Shown here: piece by piece, positions 27,283-39,658 of the stretch | How the letters are laid out: each line of letters starts with the position of its first letter | How positions within the stretch are numbered: the first letter of the stretch is position 1 | Assembly (NCBI GenBank): GCA_045580085.1 | Contig: JAZNND010000038.1 | Span: 38,410 to 102,409 of the forward strand | DNA length: 64,000 bases | Direction: 5' to 3' | DNA from: Eubacteriales bacterium | GTDB taxonomy: Bacteria; Bacillota; Clostridia; Oscillospirales; CAG-272 | Notes under the pieces: generated by a model | What the model was told of the DNA's origin: nothing | The model's database searches: none | What the model saw: only the letters and a program-made list of their open reading frames with translations | Made by a program: the position numbers and the translations under genes

Positions 27283-28482
27283 TTATTCGTTGGTATAGTT
27301 ATCGAAATAGCCTTGGATGTGGACGATAGGGGTACCCTTATCGCCGGAGCCGGAGGTAAGGTCGCAAAGAGAACCGATAAGGTCGGTCAAACGTCTGGGG
27401 GTGGTACCTTCGGATACCATTTTACCGAAGAGATTGTCGTCTTTTTCTTGGATCTTGCTCTTGATGGCTTGCTTGAGCTCATCGCCCGACAGATCGGCAA
27501 AATCGTTGTCTGCCAAATACTTGAGCTTCAGCTCGTTGGGCGTGCCCTCCAAGCCTTTGGTGTAAGCAGGTGCAACGATGGGATCGGCGAGCTCCCAGAT
27601 CTTGCCGACGGGATCCTTGAAGGCACCGTCGCCATAGACCATGACCTCGACCGTTTTGCCGGTCTCGGCAAGGATGCGCGCTTGGATTGCGTCAACGATG
27701 GGCTGGCAGTCACGCGGGAAGAGCTTTATGGTATCCTCGGTGGATTTGTTGGAGCCGAGAAGGCCGTATTCGCTGTTATAACCGCTTTGACCGACGGGGG
27801 CACTCAAAATCTCATCCAATCCGTAAACAATCTCGGCACCTGCGGCTTTGAGAATGCGCTTGGTGCGGAAACGGGTGTGGATATCACAAGCGAGCACGTT
27901 TTTGGTGTAAGGAAGAATAGCACGGGCATCGTTGGCAAAGACGATTTCAATATCGGCACCGCACTCGCGGACGAGAGACTCGTAATATTCTACATAATCA
28001 ATGCCGGTGAAGGGATGCTTTACATAGCCGAAAAGCTCACGGTATTTTTCAAGCGTGAGAACATCCGAATAAGGGTTGACACCCTTTTCGTCAATCGCAT
28101 CCATGGAAATGAGGTGGTTTCCGACCTCGTCGGAAGGATAGGAAAGCATCAAAACGATTTTTTTAGCACCTTTTGCGATGCCGCGCAAGCAAATGGCAAA
28201 ACGATTGCGGCTGAGGATGGGGAAAATAACACCCACAGTCTCACCGCCGAATTTCGCGCGGATATCGGTGGCGATATCCTCTACAGAGGCATAGTTGCCC
28301 TGCGCACGTGCCACAACAGCCTCGGTCATGGCGATGACGTCACGGTTGCGGATTTCGTACCCTTCGCATTTCGCGGCTTCCAAAACAGAGGTGGAAACGA
28401 TATCCACAATGTTGTCGCCTTGGCGAATAATGGGGGCACGAACACCGCGGGAAACGGTACCGACCATACGACTCATAATCAA
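27283..28482 (-). CDS. CofE-like (F420-0:gamma-glutamyl ligase family) protein
   Basis: The N-terminal pattern RAPIIRQGDNIVDIV......YEIRNRDVIAMTEAVVARAQGNY resembles the F420_ligase fold. Confidence 0.5.
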   Translation of the reverse strand: MIMSRMVGTVSRGVRAPIIRQGDNIVDIVSTSVLEAAKCEGYEIRNRDVIAMTEAVVARAQGNYASVEDIATDIRAKFGGETVGVIFPILSRNRFAICLRGIAKGAKKIVLMLSYPSDEVGNHLISMDAIDEKGVNPYSDVLTLEKYRELFGYVKHPFTGIDYVEYYESLVRECGADIEIVFANDARAILPYTKNVLACDIHTRFRTKRILKAAGAEIVYGLDEILSAPVGQSGYNSEYGLLGSNKSTEDTIKLFPRDCQPIVDAIQARILAETGKTVEVMVYGDGAFKDPVGKIWELADPIVAPAYTKGLEGTPNELKLKYLADNDFADLSGDELKQAIKSKIQEKDDNLFGKMVSEGTTPRRLTDLIGSLCDLTSGSGDKGTPIVHIQGYFDNYTNE

Positions 28483-28600
28483 ACACTCCTTTATGCTTCA
28501 CACGCAGTGAAGCGTTTTCAAATTTTTACCCATACATTATAACAGAAAAACTGCGTCTTGTAAAGAAGAAAATGCAAAAAAATGTAAATTTCTTTCACTT

Positions 28601-29323
28601 TTAATGATAATATTCCTCTGCGAAGCGGATGAGGGGGGTAAGATCCTCCAAACCGTGGGGGTGATGGTCACAGCCTTCCTTGATCGTTTCGAAGAGAACG
28701 CCACCGTGCTTGCGGTAATAATCTGCCAAAACAGCACCGTTTTCATGATAGGGGACGGTTTGGTCGCTGTCGCCCGCCACGATATAAAGCGGAATTTTGT
28801 TTTGGATGAGAAGCGGGGCGTAGTCGATGGGATGCTTTCTGTAATTGATCATGTCGGAGACGGTTTTGCCTGTGGCTTGCGTAAACTCTTGGTATAACGC
28901 ATCTACGGCATCGCCGACACCGCAAGGACAGCTTAAAAGATTGCAAACGGGGGCATCGATATAAAGCGCCGCGACGCATTCGGGATGCTTGGCACCGAGA
29001 TAGATGGATTGCATGCCGCCGCAACTCATACCCACGGTCATGCACTTTTCGCAAAGTCCGTATTCTTGATGCAAATATGCCGCGAAGCGGGCTTGACGTT
29101 CGGTGTCCTCTTCGAGGCACCAACGGGTGGTGTTTTTGACATGCGCAACATGGTATCCGCGCGCAAGCATTTCAAGCTCAAAATCAGGAAACGCACCGAA
29201 ATATTCGGTTTTAAAGAGCCATTTTCGATCCGTCCTCGGTTCGTTCGGGATCACCAAAACGGCATCCTTGTTTTCAAAAGTGAAGTCCAAACGGCGAAAG
29301 CCGTTCCATATGCTTTCTGTCAT
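28601..29323 (-). CDS. Alpha/beta hydrolase (esterase-like)
   Basis: It has the nucleophile elbow GMSCGG. A later D and H (CDHHPHG) are consistent with a Ser-Asp-His triad. Confidence 0.6.
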   Translation of the reverse strand: MTESIWNGFRRLDFTFENKDAVLVIPNEPRTDRKWLFKTEYFGAFPDFELEMLARGYHVAHVKNTTRWCLEEDTERQARFAAYLHQEYGLCEKCMTVGMSCGGMQSIYLGAKHPECVAALYIDAPVCNLLSCPCGVGDAVDALYQEFTQATGKTVSDMINYRKHPIDYAPLLIQNKIPLYIVAGDSDQTVPYHENGAVLADYYRKHGGVLFETIKEGCDHHPHGLEDLTPLIRFAEEYYH

Positions 29324-29363
29324 TTTTGATCAATCCTTTCTGCCTGTTGCTAAGACGGCATGA

Positions 29364-31577
29364 TTAATATTTTTCGCGCAGAGCGCAGTATTTTTGTGCG
29401 TTCTCGGCATCTCCGAGTGCCTCATAGCATTGCTCCGCAAGTTTGCAAGCGAGCCAAAGGACCGTTTCGCTTGCGCCTTCGCGTTCAAAGATGGGCAATA
29501 CATAGCGAAGGGCTTCGGTCCAATTCCCCATCTTTTCGAACTCTTCGGCACAGTCAAGGAGAAAATGAGGCATCAGTGATTTTTCGGTGTCTGCCCATTC
29601 TTCATAAGTGAGGATGAGATCAACATAGCGTTTTGTTAACGCGTCCGCTTCCTCTTGACGGCCGATATGGCTCAAATGACTTTTTAAGCGGTAGTAACCA
29701 TTGTAAAGCTCTTTTCCGTATACCGCAGTGCGGCGGCGCAGGACAAGGCGCATTTTGTAGGCGGACTCGTAAGCGTCGAGTGCCTTTTCGTTTTCTTGCA
29801 TCAGGGTGTAAAGGTTGCCGATGCTCCAATAGCTACCCGAAAGAAGCGGCTCCACTGCGTGAGGATTGAGGAGCCTCTCCTCTTCACGTACACGAATTGC
29901 CTCGAGGAAATGAGCTTCCGCTTCTTCATAGCGCTTTATCTTTTGATAAAGGCAAGCGGTGTTGTGGTGGCAACGCGCATAGCTGAGCCTTGCTCTGAGA
30001 GGGTATTTTTCCGCGAGTTCGGTATAGAGCGCGAGGGCTTGCAGATGGTATTTTTCCGATTCTTCAAGCTCTCCCAACTCGTCAAGGGCGATACCGTAGT
30101 TGTCTTGGATCATGGCGTAGGACATGGCGTAATCAACGACATCGGTATGCCTTTGGTAAAGCACGCGGAAGATCTCCATTGCGTGACGGTAGTTTTGCTC
30201 CATTTTTCGGTTTTGGGAACGGTAGAAGCAAGAGGTAGCGATGGAGTTGTAACTTCTTGCTAAAAGCAAGCGTTCCTCGTCCGTCATATCGGCAAGACTT
30301 TCATAGAGCGAAACGGCTTCCTGCAAGCTTTTTTCGGCCTCTTCGTAGCGCTTGGCGTTGACATTGAAAAGCCCGGTATAATATGCAAGCTTGGCTCGGT
30401 CGCGGATATCGGCTTTGGCATCGGGATCGGAGAAAAGATAGGAGAGCTTTGCCGCAACGCGCAAGCTGGCTTCAATATCGTTTTGCGTATGCAGAAAATG
30501 TGCGTATTCAAGCAGGGGCTTTTTGCTCAAATTGTATTTCAAGGTTGTTTCGTAGACCTTTTCATAGAGAGACAGCACTTCCTTGAGGCTTTCTCTGTTG
30601 AGCCCTACGTTGCGAAGCACTTCAATGCGCTGCAAAAGCTCATTGACATTGGTTTCGATCCTCTTTTCAAGGGAGTCAAGCATGCTTTCGTTGTGGGTTA
30701 ATTCCGAGAGAATCTCCTTGGTGTCAAGAATCTCCAAAGCTTCTTTCCAAAGCCCTCTTTCCATAAAGCGGTAGGCCTGTTTTTGCTTTTCGGAAAGCTC
30801 GGCTTTTCCCGACGTTTGCTCCGCTATGTTCTTGGCGGTGCTCAAAATGGAGGATTCAAGCTCCTTACATTCTTTTTCGAGGGCCGCTTTGGCGGATGCC
30901 GCCTCGCCGAAGCGGATATAGGCATCGTCGGAACCGTCTTCTAACATAGCACTTTTGGCATCAAGATAGGCTTTTTGCGCTTGTGCGAGTCTTTCGCGCA
31001 AGGAGGTGAGATGTTCGTTGCCCGAAAAGAGAGGAATGCCGCGGGTGTCCGCAATCTCGCGGTTGCCGTGGAAGATCTTTCCGTCTTCGAAGGTGATCTC
31101 GCTTTCGTCCAAATGCATCATTTTGATCTGCATAAAGATGCCGAGCTTCAGCGTATCGATACAGTTGTAGACATTATAATAGTGCCTGATTTCCTTGTCG
31201 AGCACCTGCATAAAGGAAAGAATGTCTTGTTCCGCATTCTCCGGCGAATCCACATACTTGAAATAGGTTAAGATCTTGGGCTTGCCGATTTCCTTGTATT
31301 GGTCGAGGGCTACCTCAAACTCGTGGCGGGTATAATCGCCGACCTTTTTGAAAAAGAGGAAGAATACAAGCTCACTTGCACGAATCTCTTGGTCAAATTG
31401 CGATTGCTTGCCGTCGACGGCTATGGTGTTATCATAGTCTTCGCACATAATCAAGTCAAAATACACGCCGCTTTCAATATAAATATCATTCATCTGCCGG
31501 AAAAAGTTTCCAATCTCCACACGGTCGAATTTCAAATCGGTGATGGAGGATGCCAAAAATATTTTGATGCGCTTCAA
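29364..31577 (-). CDS. DUF4062/TIR-like N-terminal domain - coiled coil - TPR repeat protein
   Basis: TTG start with GGAG 8 nt upstream. The N terminus is KIFLASSITDLKFDRVEIGNFF...ASELVFFLFFKKVGDYTRHEFEVAL...GKPKILTYFK. The middle is heptad-rich. The C-terminal roughly 400 aa are TPR-like. Confidence 0.55.
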   Translation of the reverse strand: MKRIKIFLASSITDLKFDRVEIGNFFRQMNDIYIESGVYFDLIMCEDYDNTIAVDGKQSQFDQEIRASELVFFLFFKKVGDYTRHEFEVALDQYKEIGKPKILTYFKYVDSPENAEQDILSFMQVLDKEIRHYYNVYNCIDTLKLGIFMQIKMMHLDESEITFEDGKIFHGNREIADTRGIPLFSGNEHLTSLRERLAQAQKAYLDAKSAMLEDGSDDAYIRFGEAASAKAALEKECKELESSILSTAKNIAEQTSGKAELSEKQKQAYRFMERGLWKEALEILDTKEILSELTHNESMLDSLEKRIETNVNELLQRIEVLRNVGLNRESLKEVLSLYEKVYETTLKYNLSKKPLLEYAHFLHTQNDIEASLRVAAKLSYLFSDPDAKADIRDRAKLAYYTGLFNVNAKRYEEAEKSLQEAVSLYESLADMTDEERLLLARSYNSIATSCFYRSQNRKMEQNYRHAMEIFRVLYQRHTDVVDYAMSYAMIQDNYGIALDELGELEESEKYHLQALALYTELAEKYPLRARLSYARCHHNTACLYQKIKRYEEAEAHFLEAIRVREEERLLNPHAVEPLLSGSYWSIGNLYTLMQENEKALDAYESAYKMRLVLRRRTAVYGKELYNGYYRLKSHLSHIGRQEEADALTKRYVDLILTYEEWADTEKSLMPHFLLDCAEEFEKMGNWTEALRYVLPIFEREGASETVLWLACKLAEQCYEALGDAENAQKYCALREKY

Positions 31578-31589
31578 GGGATCATCTCC

Positions 31590-34631
<3,042 letters not shown>

Positions 34632-34640
34632 TCATATGTA

Positions 34641-35609
34641 TCAAATCCAACGAAGATCCTGCGGACGGGGTTCGCTGATGATGGATTCCTTTAAGAACGC
34701 GGCGGCATGTGCCAAGCCTTCATCGGGATTCATGAGAGAATCCTCATGCTCGATGGACATGACCTTGTCATAGCCGACAAGGCGGAGATTGGAGATGATC
34801 TCGCGCCAGTAATCAAGGCCGTTGCCGTAGCCGACCGAACGGAAGATCCAAGAACGGTGAATTTCATCGCTGTAGGATTTGGTGTCGAGAACGCCGTATT
34901 TCGCAGTGTTGTACTTGTCGATCTTGGTATCTTTTGCGTGGAAGTGATAGATCGCGCCCGCAAGCTCACGGATAGCGGCAACGGGATCGATGCCCTGCCA
35001 AATAAGGTGAGAGGGATCGAAGTTCGCGCCGATCACGTCGCCCACAGCGGCACGGATGCGAAGCAGGGTTTCGGGGTTATAAACGCAGAAGCCGGGATGC
35101 ATTTCGAAGGCAATCTTGGTAACGCCGTGCTCTTTGGCAAAAGCGGCGGTCTTTTTCCAATAGGGGATGAGAACTTCGTTCCACTGATAGTCGAGGATTG
35201 CACCGAAATCGTTGGGCCATGCGCAGGTTACCCAGTTGGGCGTTTTATCCTCTTTCGAACCGCCGGGGCAGCCCGAGAAGGTTACGATGGTGTCAACGCC
35301 GAGCTTTTCCGCGAGAAGAACGGCATCGTGGAAATCATCGTCAAACTCTTTGGCGATGGCGGGATCGGGATGAACTGCGTTGCCATGGCAGGAAAGGCAT
35401 GCGAGCTCCATGTTGTGGCGTGCGAGGGTTGCCTTGAATTCCTCGATCTTCTTATCGTCTGCAAGAAGAACTTTGGGATCGCAATGATCTTTGCCGGGAT
35501 AACCGCCGCAACCGATCTCGACCGCTTCAATGCCGAGCTTTTCAAATTTGACAAGAGCTTCTTCAAGCGAGAGCTTGCCGAAGAGGTTGGTCAATACACC
35601 AAGTTTCAT
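34641..35609 (-). CDS. Sugar phosphate isomerase/epimerase (xylose-isomerase-like TIM barrel)
   Basis: MKLGVLTNLF...LGIEAVEI...FEMHPG... . The start ATG at 35609 has AAAGGAG 8 nt upstream. Confidence 0.7.
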   Translation of the reverse strand: MKLGVLTNLFGKLSLEEALVKFEKLGIEAVEIGCGGYPGKDHCDPKVLLADDKKIEEFKATLARHNMELACLSCHGNAVHPDPAIAKEFDDDFHDAVLLAEKLGVDTIVTFSGCPGGSKEDKTPNWVTCAWPNDFGAILDYQWNEVLIPYWKKTAAFAKEHGVTKIAFEMHPGFCVYNPETLLRIRAAVGDVIGANFDPSHLIWQGIDPVAAIRELAGAIYHFHAKDTKIDKYNTAKYGVLDTKSYSDEIHRSWIFRSVGYGNGLDYWREIISNLRLVGYDKVMSIEHEDSLMNPDEGLAHAAAFLKESIISEPRPQDLRWI

Positions 35610-35811
35610 AGTAATTCTCCTTTGAATTGTTTTCAAATATAATATACTACATTCATTTTAATGCATTTTGCTGAAAAATGCAACACATTTTAAGAAAAAA
35701 ATGAGTCTTTTTCCGTATTTTTTAAAAAAAGAATCGAAAGTTTAAAAAGCCTTGCTTTTTTCTTCGGTTTCGTGTATAATTGCTAAGACGATTTATTCTT
35801 TGGAGAGGACC

Positions 35812-37002
35812 ATGATTCGAAATAATTACCGTGCAACGATCTTTGCTTCCTGCGTGGGATACGTGGTGCAGGCGATCGTTGTTAATTTTGCGCCGCTTTT
35901 GTTTTTGACTTTTGAAAGCAGCTATGGTATTCCGCTGTTTCAGCTGACGGCACTTATCACCGTCAATTTCTTTATTCAGCTTTTGACCGACATCGGCGCG
36001 TCGCGCTTTGTGCCCGTGATCGGATATCGGAAATGCGTTTTGATCGCTCACATCCTTTCGGCGGCGGGGCTTGTTTTGCTTGCCCTTTTGCCCCGGGTTA
36101 TGCCGCCTTTTTGGGGGCTTCTCATTGCTATTTGCGTTTTTGCCGTCGGCGGCGGGTTGATTGAGGTTGTCATCAGCCCCATCGTTGAGTCCTGCCCTAC
36201 CAAGAACAAAGCGGGGTTTATGAGCCTTTTGCACTCTTTTTACTGTTGGGGTGTGGTGCTTTCTGTGGGGCTCAGCACCGTGTTTTTCGTTCTTTGCGGC
36301 ACGGAGAGATGGCAAGTGCTTTCTTGCCTGTTGGCGATTTTGCCGCTGTTAAATTTCTTCTTGTTTCTTTGGGTGCCCATTTATCCCGTCGAGGGCGATA
36401 CTGCCGGGGAAAAAGCGCATTTCAGCGGTCTTTTTCGGCATAAGCTTTTTTGGCTCATGCTTCTTCTTATGCTTTGTACGGGGGCGTCCGAGATTGCCGT
36501 CGGTCAATGGGCATCTGCTTTCGCGGAAAGTGCGCTCGGTGTTTCTAAAACGCTTGGAGACTTGGTCGGTGTTTGCGGGTTCGCCCTCATGATGGCGATC
36601 GCGCGCACTGTGTATGCAAGAGTGGATACCCGTTTGCCGCTAAAAACGGCACTGACTTTTTGCAGTGCTTTGTGCGTGGCGGCATATCTTGTCATTGGGC
36701 TTTCCGAAAACGCTTTTCTCGGTCTTGTCGGTGTTGCGCTTTGCGGCTTTGCCGTCGGTATTTTTTGGCCCGCCACCTTTTCGCTTGCCACCTCGCGCAT
36801 ACCAAAAGGCGGCACCGCGCTTTTTGGATTCCTCGCTTTCGCGGGGGATCTCGGATGCTCGCTCGGTCCGACCGTGGCGGGAATTGTGTCGGGCGCGAAC
36901 GGTGACGATTTGCGCCTCGGCATTCTTTCGGTCGTTGCTTTTCCGATCCTTCTTTTGATTGGGCTCGGAGTATTGCATTGGATTGACAAGAAGAGCGTTT
37001 AA
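35812..37002 (+). CDS. MFS transporter
   Basis: It has about 12 hydrophobic segments. The start ATG is at 35812, after GGAGAGG. Confidence 0.7.
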   Translation: MIRNNYRATIFASCVGYVVQAIVVNFAPLLFLTFESSYGIPLFQLTALITVNFFIQLLTDIGASRFVPVIGYRKCVLIAHILSAAGLVLLALLPRVMPPFWGLLIAICVFAVGGGLIEVVISPIVESCPTKNKAGFMSLLHSFYCWGVVLSVGLSTVFFVLCGTERWQVLSCLLAILPLLNFFLFLWVPIYPVEGDTAGEKAHFSGLFRHKLFWLMLLLMLCTGASEIAVGQWASAFAESALGVSKTLGDLVGVCGFALMMAIARTVYARVDTRLPLKTALTFCSALCVAAYLVIGLSENAFLGLVGVALCGFAVGIFWPATFSLATSRIPKGGTALFGFLAFAGDLGCSLGPTVAGIVSGANGDDLRLGILSVVAFPILLLIGLGVLHWIDKKSV

Positions 37003-37010
37003 CGTAAAAA

Positions 37011-37038
37011 AGAGACTGTTTGTGACAGTCTCTTTTTT
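37011..37038. terminator. Bidirectional terminator
   Basis: AGAGACTGT-TTGTG-ACAGTCTCT, flanked by an A-run and a T-run. Confidence 0.75.
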
Positions 37039-37049
37039 GTTGGCTTGAC

Positions 37050-37403
37050 TCAAAACTCAGACAAAAGCTTGTGCGCCGAGTTTTCCTTGGTGGTGTCGGC
37101 GTTTTCAACGATCAGTACCTTCGCATCCTTCGAAACGGAAATGCCGTGCCAAACACCGGCGGGAATGTTGTAGATCTTTCCTTGCTCCATGTTAACGCGC
37201 TTTTCGGGGGTGCCGACAAGCAGAAAGGCTTCTCCTTCCAAAAGAACGAAAATTTCATCCGTTTCATAGTGGCATTCAAGGTCTTGCATGGTGGCAATAT
37301 CGAAGCGCGGAGCGTAGTTTAAGATTGCCACGCGCCACGCCTTGAAATCGTGCATGGGCTTATAGCCTTCGCCGCTGTAATCAAAAATTTGAATTTCTTC
37401 CAT
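37050..37403 (-). CDS. Cupin domain protein
   Basis: It is a small beta-barrel-type sequence (ECHYETDEIFVLLEGEAFLLVG...GKIYNIPAGVWHG). The start ATG is at 37403, after GAAAGGAAG. Confidence 0.6.
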   Translation of the reverse strand: MEEIQIFDYSGEGYKPMHDFKAWRVAILNYAPRFDIATMQDLECHYETDEIFVLLEGEAFLLVGTPEKRVNMEQGKIYNIPAGVWHGISVSKDAKVLIVENADTTKENSAHKLLSEF

Positions 37404-37460
37404 TTTTAGCTTCCTTTCGGGGGTTGTTTTTCTTGGCTTTGCAAACAAAAGATTACATAA

Positions 37461-38600
37461 TCAGCTGTTTTTGGACTTGATTTCTTTTGCTAAGTTCTCG
37501 ATTTCCTCGCACAGAGTGAGGGCGGCATCGGGCCTTCGGATGAGTTCAATGTTTTCAAGCATGGTTTTATGAACCAAGGGGTGCTTAAAGAACAGGTGAA
37601 TCGCGTCACCAAGCGGGCAGGTGGCGTTGGTCTCCATGGCGGCACCGCAATTTTGCAAAAAGTCGCTGTTATGAACTTCTTGCCCCGGAATGGGGTTGGA
37701 AATGATCATGGGCAGACGTTTGGCGAGTGCTTCGCTGGCGGTCAGTCCGCCCGGTTTTGAAACGATGCATTCCGCGGCATCCATCAGAAGATCGATTTTA
37801 TCGGTGAAACCGATGTTATAGAGTGTTTTTTGCCAGTGCTCTTTTTCAATGGCGTGATAGATTTTTTTGTTGTTGCCCGAAACCGAGGCGATCGCAAAAT
37901 CGTGACCGCTGGCATCCAGTTCCTTTAAAAGTTTGATCATGTTTCCGTAGCCCATGGAACCACTCATTAAGAGCACCAGAGGCTTGTCGGGATCCATGCC
38001 GAGCGCGAGCTTGGCTTCTTTTTTATCGGTGTGCTTGGTGAATTTTGGGTGAATGGGAATGCCCGAGGTGAGGATCTGTTCGCGCTTGAAGCCTTTGCGC
38101 AGGGCGGCGGGGATGAGAAATTGATTGGCAAGCACCACGCGGTCAAGCCTAAGCGTTTCTTCCCAATAAGGGTGCATGGCGAAATCAGTGACGATGCCGA
38201 TCGTTTTGGCGTCAAGCCCGTACTTTTGTTTGATGATATCAAGAAGCATCGCGGAAAAAACATGTGCGCAAACGATCACGTCGGGGGAGGTGGCTTTGAT
38301 ATAGCGATTGAGCTTTTTGGCGATAAACTTATTGGCAAACCGCGCGAACGAGGGGGTATAGGAATTGCTTTTCCTCTTTTCCAAGCGATAATATCCCTGC
38401 CCGTAGAGCTTTTTGAAGCGAGAGGCGGCGAGAAGATACCCTTTGTCTACGAAGGTATAAAGCAAGCGGTTGGTTTCCCGAAAGGTGTCGACAACCTCGG
38501 CGGTATGCGAACGCTCGGTGAGCAGATTGGCAAGAGCCTTCGACGTGGCGTTATGTCCTTGCCCCGCCGTAACGGAAAGGATTAAAATTTTCATATTCAT
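37461..38600 (-). CDS. MGDG-synthase-family glycosyltransferase (UgtP-like diacylglycerol glycosyltransferase)
   Basis: The N-terminal KILILSVTAGQGHNATSKAL is typical of the family, and the C-terminal half is GT-B. Confidence 0.7.
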   Translation of the reverse strand: MNMKILILSVTAGQGHNATSKALANLLTERSHTAEVVDTFRETNRLLYTFVDKGYLLAASRFKKLYGQGYYRLEKRKSNSYTPSFARFANKFIAKKLNRYIKATSPDVIVCAHVFSAMLLDIIKQKYGLDAKTIGIVTDFAMHPYWEETLRLDRVVLANQFLIPAALRKGFKREQILTSGIPIHPKFTKHTDKKEAKLALGMDPDKPLVLLMSGSMGYGNMIKLLKELDASGHDFAIASVSGNNKKIYHAIEKEHWQKTLYNIGFTDKIDLLMDAAECIVSKPGGLTASEALAKRLPMIISNPIPGQEVHNSDFLQNCGAAMETNATCPLGDAIHLFFKHPLVHKTMLENIELIRRPDAALTLCEEIENLAKEIKSKNS

Positions 38601-38782
38601 TACCAAGCCTTCGCCGGACGAAGGGCTTCCTTTCATACAAAATCGGTGATGGTTTCAGCCGTTTGAAACATCATTTTTGAGAGGGGCGAATGCAGGGTGT
38701 CCCAAGAAATCGAAAAAACGAGGGATCTGTCAAACAAAAAAGAGAAAAGTCACAAAAAAAGCCGTAAAGTTTTCGTTTTCCC

Positions 38783-38811
38783 TTGCAAAAAGAAAGGATT
38801 TGTTATATAAT
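38783..38811 (+). promoter_or_regulatory. Sigma-A type promoter for the DUF6062-ATPase pair
   Basis: TTGCAA (38783-38788), a 17-nt spacer, then TATAAT (38806-38811). Confidence 0.5.
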
Positions 38812-38918
38812 AGAAAGAAATAGGAATCTAAGATACCGATTATCACTATTATACATCAAAGAAATGTAAAAATCAAGTGGACCGTTTTTATTTTTTAAAA
38901 GAGTCAGGAGAATGTGGC

Positions 38919-39626
38919 GTGGAACAAATATACACTATACCGATCAATGAGGCGTTTGACGAGGTGAAAGAGAATCCTGCGCTCGGATGCCCTGTGTGCC
39001 GTATCATGGCAAAACTAGAAGAAAACGAGCTTGATTTGATTCTCGGCGCTTCCATGATGGAACCGGATATCCGCATTCGCACCAACAAAGAGGGCTTTTG
39101 CGGTACACACTACAAAAAGATGCTCGGTATGAAAAACCGTCTCGGACTTGCCTTGATGCTCGAAAGTCATTTGGACGAGGTGAAAAAAGGCTTGGAGGGA
39201 TCGCTTCTTTCCGCCCTCATGGGGAAAAAGCACGACGCCGCGGGCAAATACATGGACAAGATGAAAAGCTCGTGCTATATTTGCGGAAAGGTCTCCTTTC
39301 ACTTGGAGCGCATGCTTCGCAACTTGGCGGAGCTGTACCGAGCCGATAAGGATTTTCGCGAAAAATATGCGGCAATGCCGTATTTTTGCATCCCACATGC
39401 AGGGGTTTTATTGGAATGTGCAAAAAAAGAGATGACGGGGAAGGAACTTACCGCCTTCTCGGATGTGACCATGCGCATCGAAAAAACCTATCTTGACAGC
39501 TTGAAGGGCGATGTTTCGTGGTTTTGCAAAAAATTTGACTATCGCTATGGGGATGAACCTTGGGGAAATGCCAAGGATGCGCCCATTCGTGCCGCCGCCT
39601 TCTTGACGGGTATGCGTGAGGAGTAA
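38919..39626 (+). CDS. DUF6062-like Cys/His-rich protein
   Basis: (V/M)EQIYTIPINEAFD...GCPVCRI...MMEPDIRIRTNKEGFCGTHY matches my memory of DUF6062 N termini. I prefer the GTG at 38919 (AGGAG 9 nt upstream) over the track start GTG at 38877. Confidence 0.55.
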   Translation: MEQIYTIPINEAFDEVKENPALGCPVCRIMAKLEENELDLILGASMMEPDIRIRTNKEGFCGTHYKKMLGMKNRLGLALMLESHLDEVKKGLEGSLLSALMGKKHDAAGKYMDKMKSSCYICGKVSFHLERMLRNLAELYRADKDFREKYAAMPYFCIPHAGVLLECAKKEMTGKELTAFSDVTMRIEKTYLDSLKGDVSWFCKKFDYRYGDEPWGNAKDAPIRAAAFLTGMREE

Positions 39627-39658
39627 GGCAAAAAACAAAAAAAGAAAGGAATTGGCTT

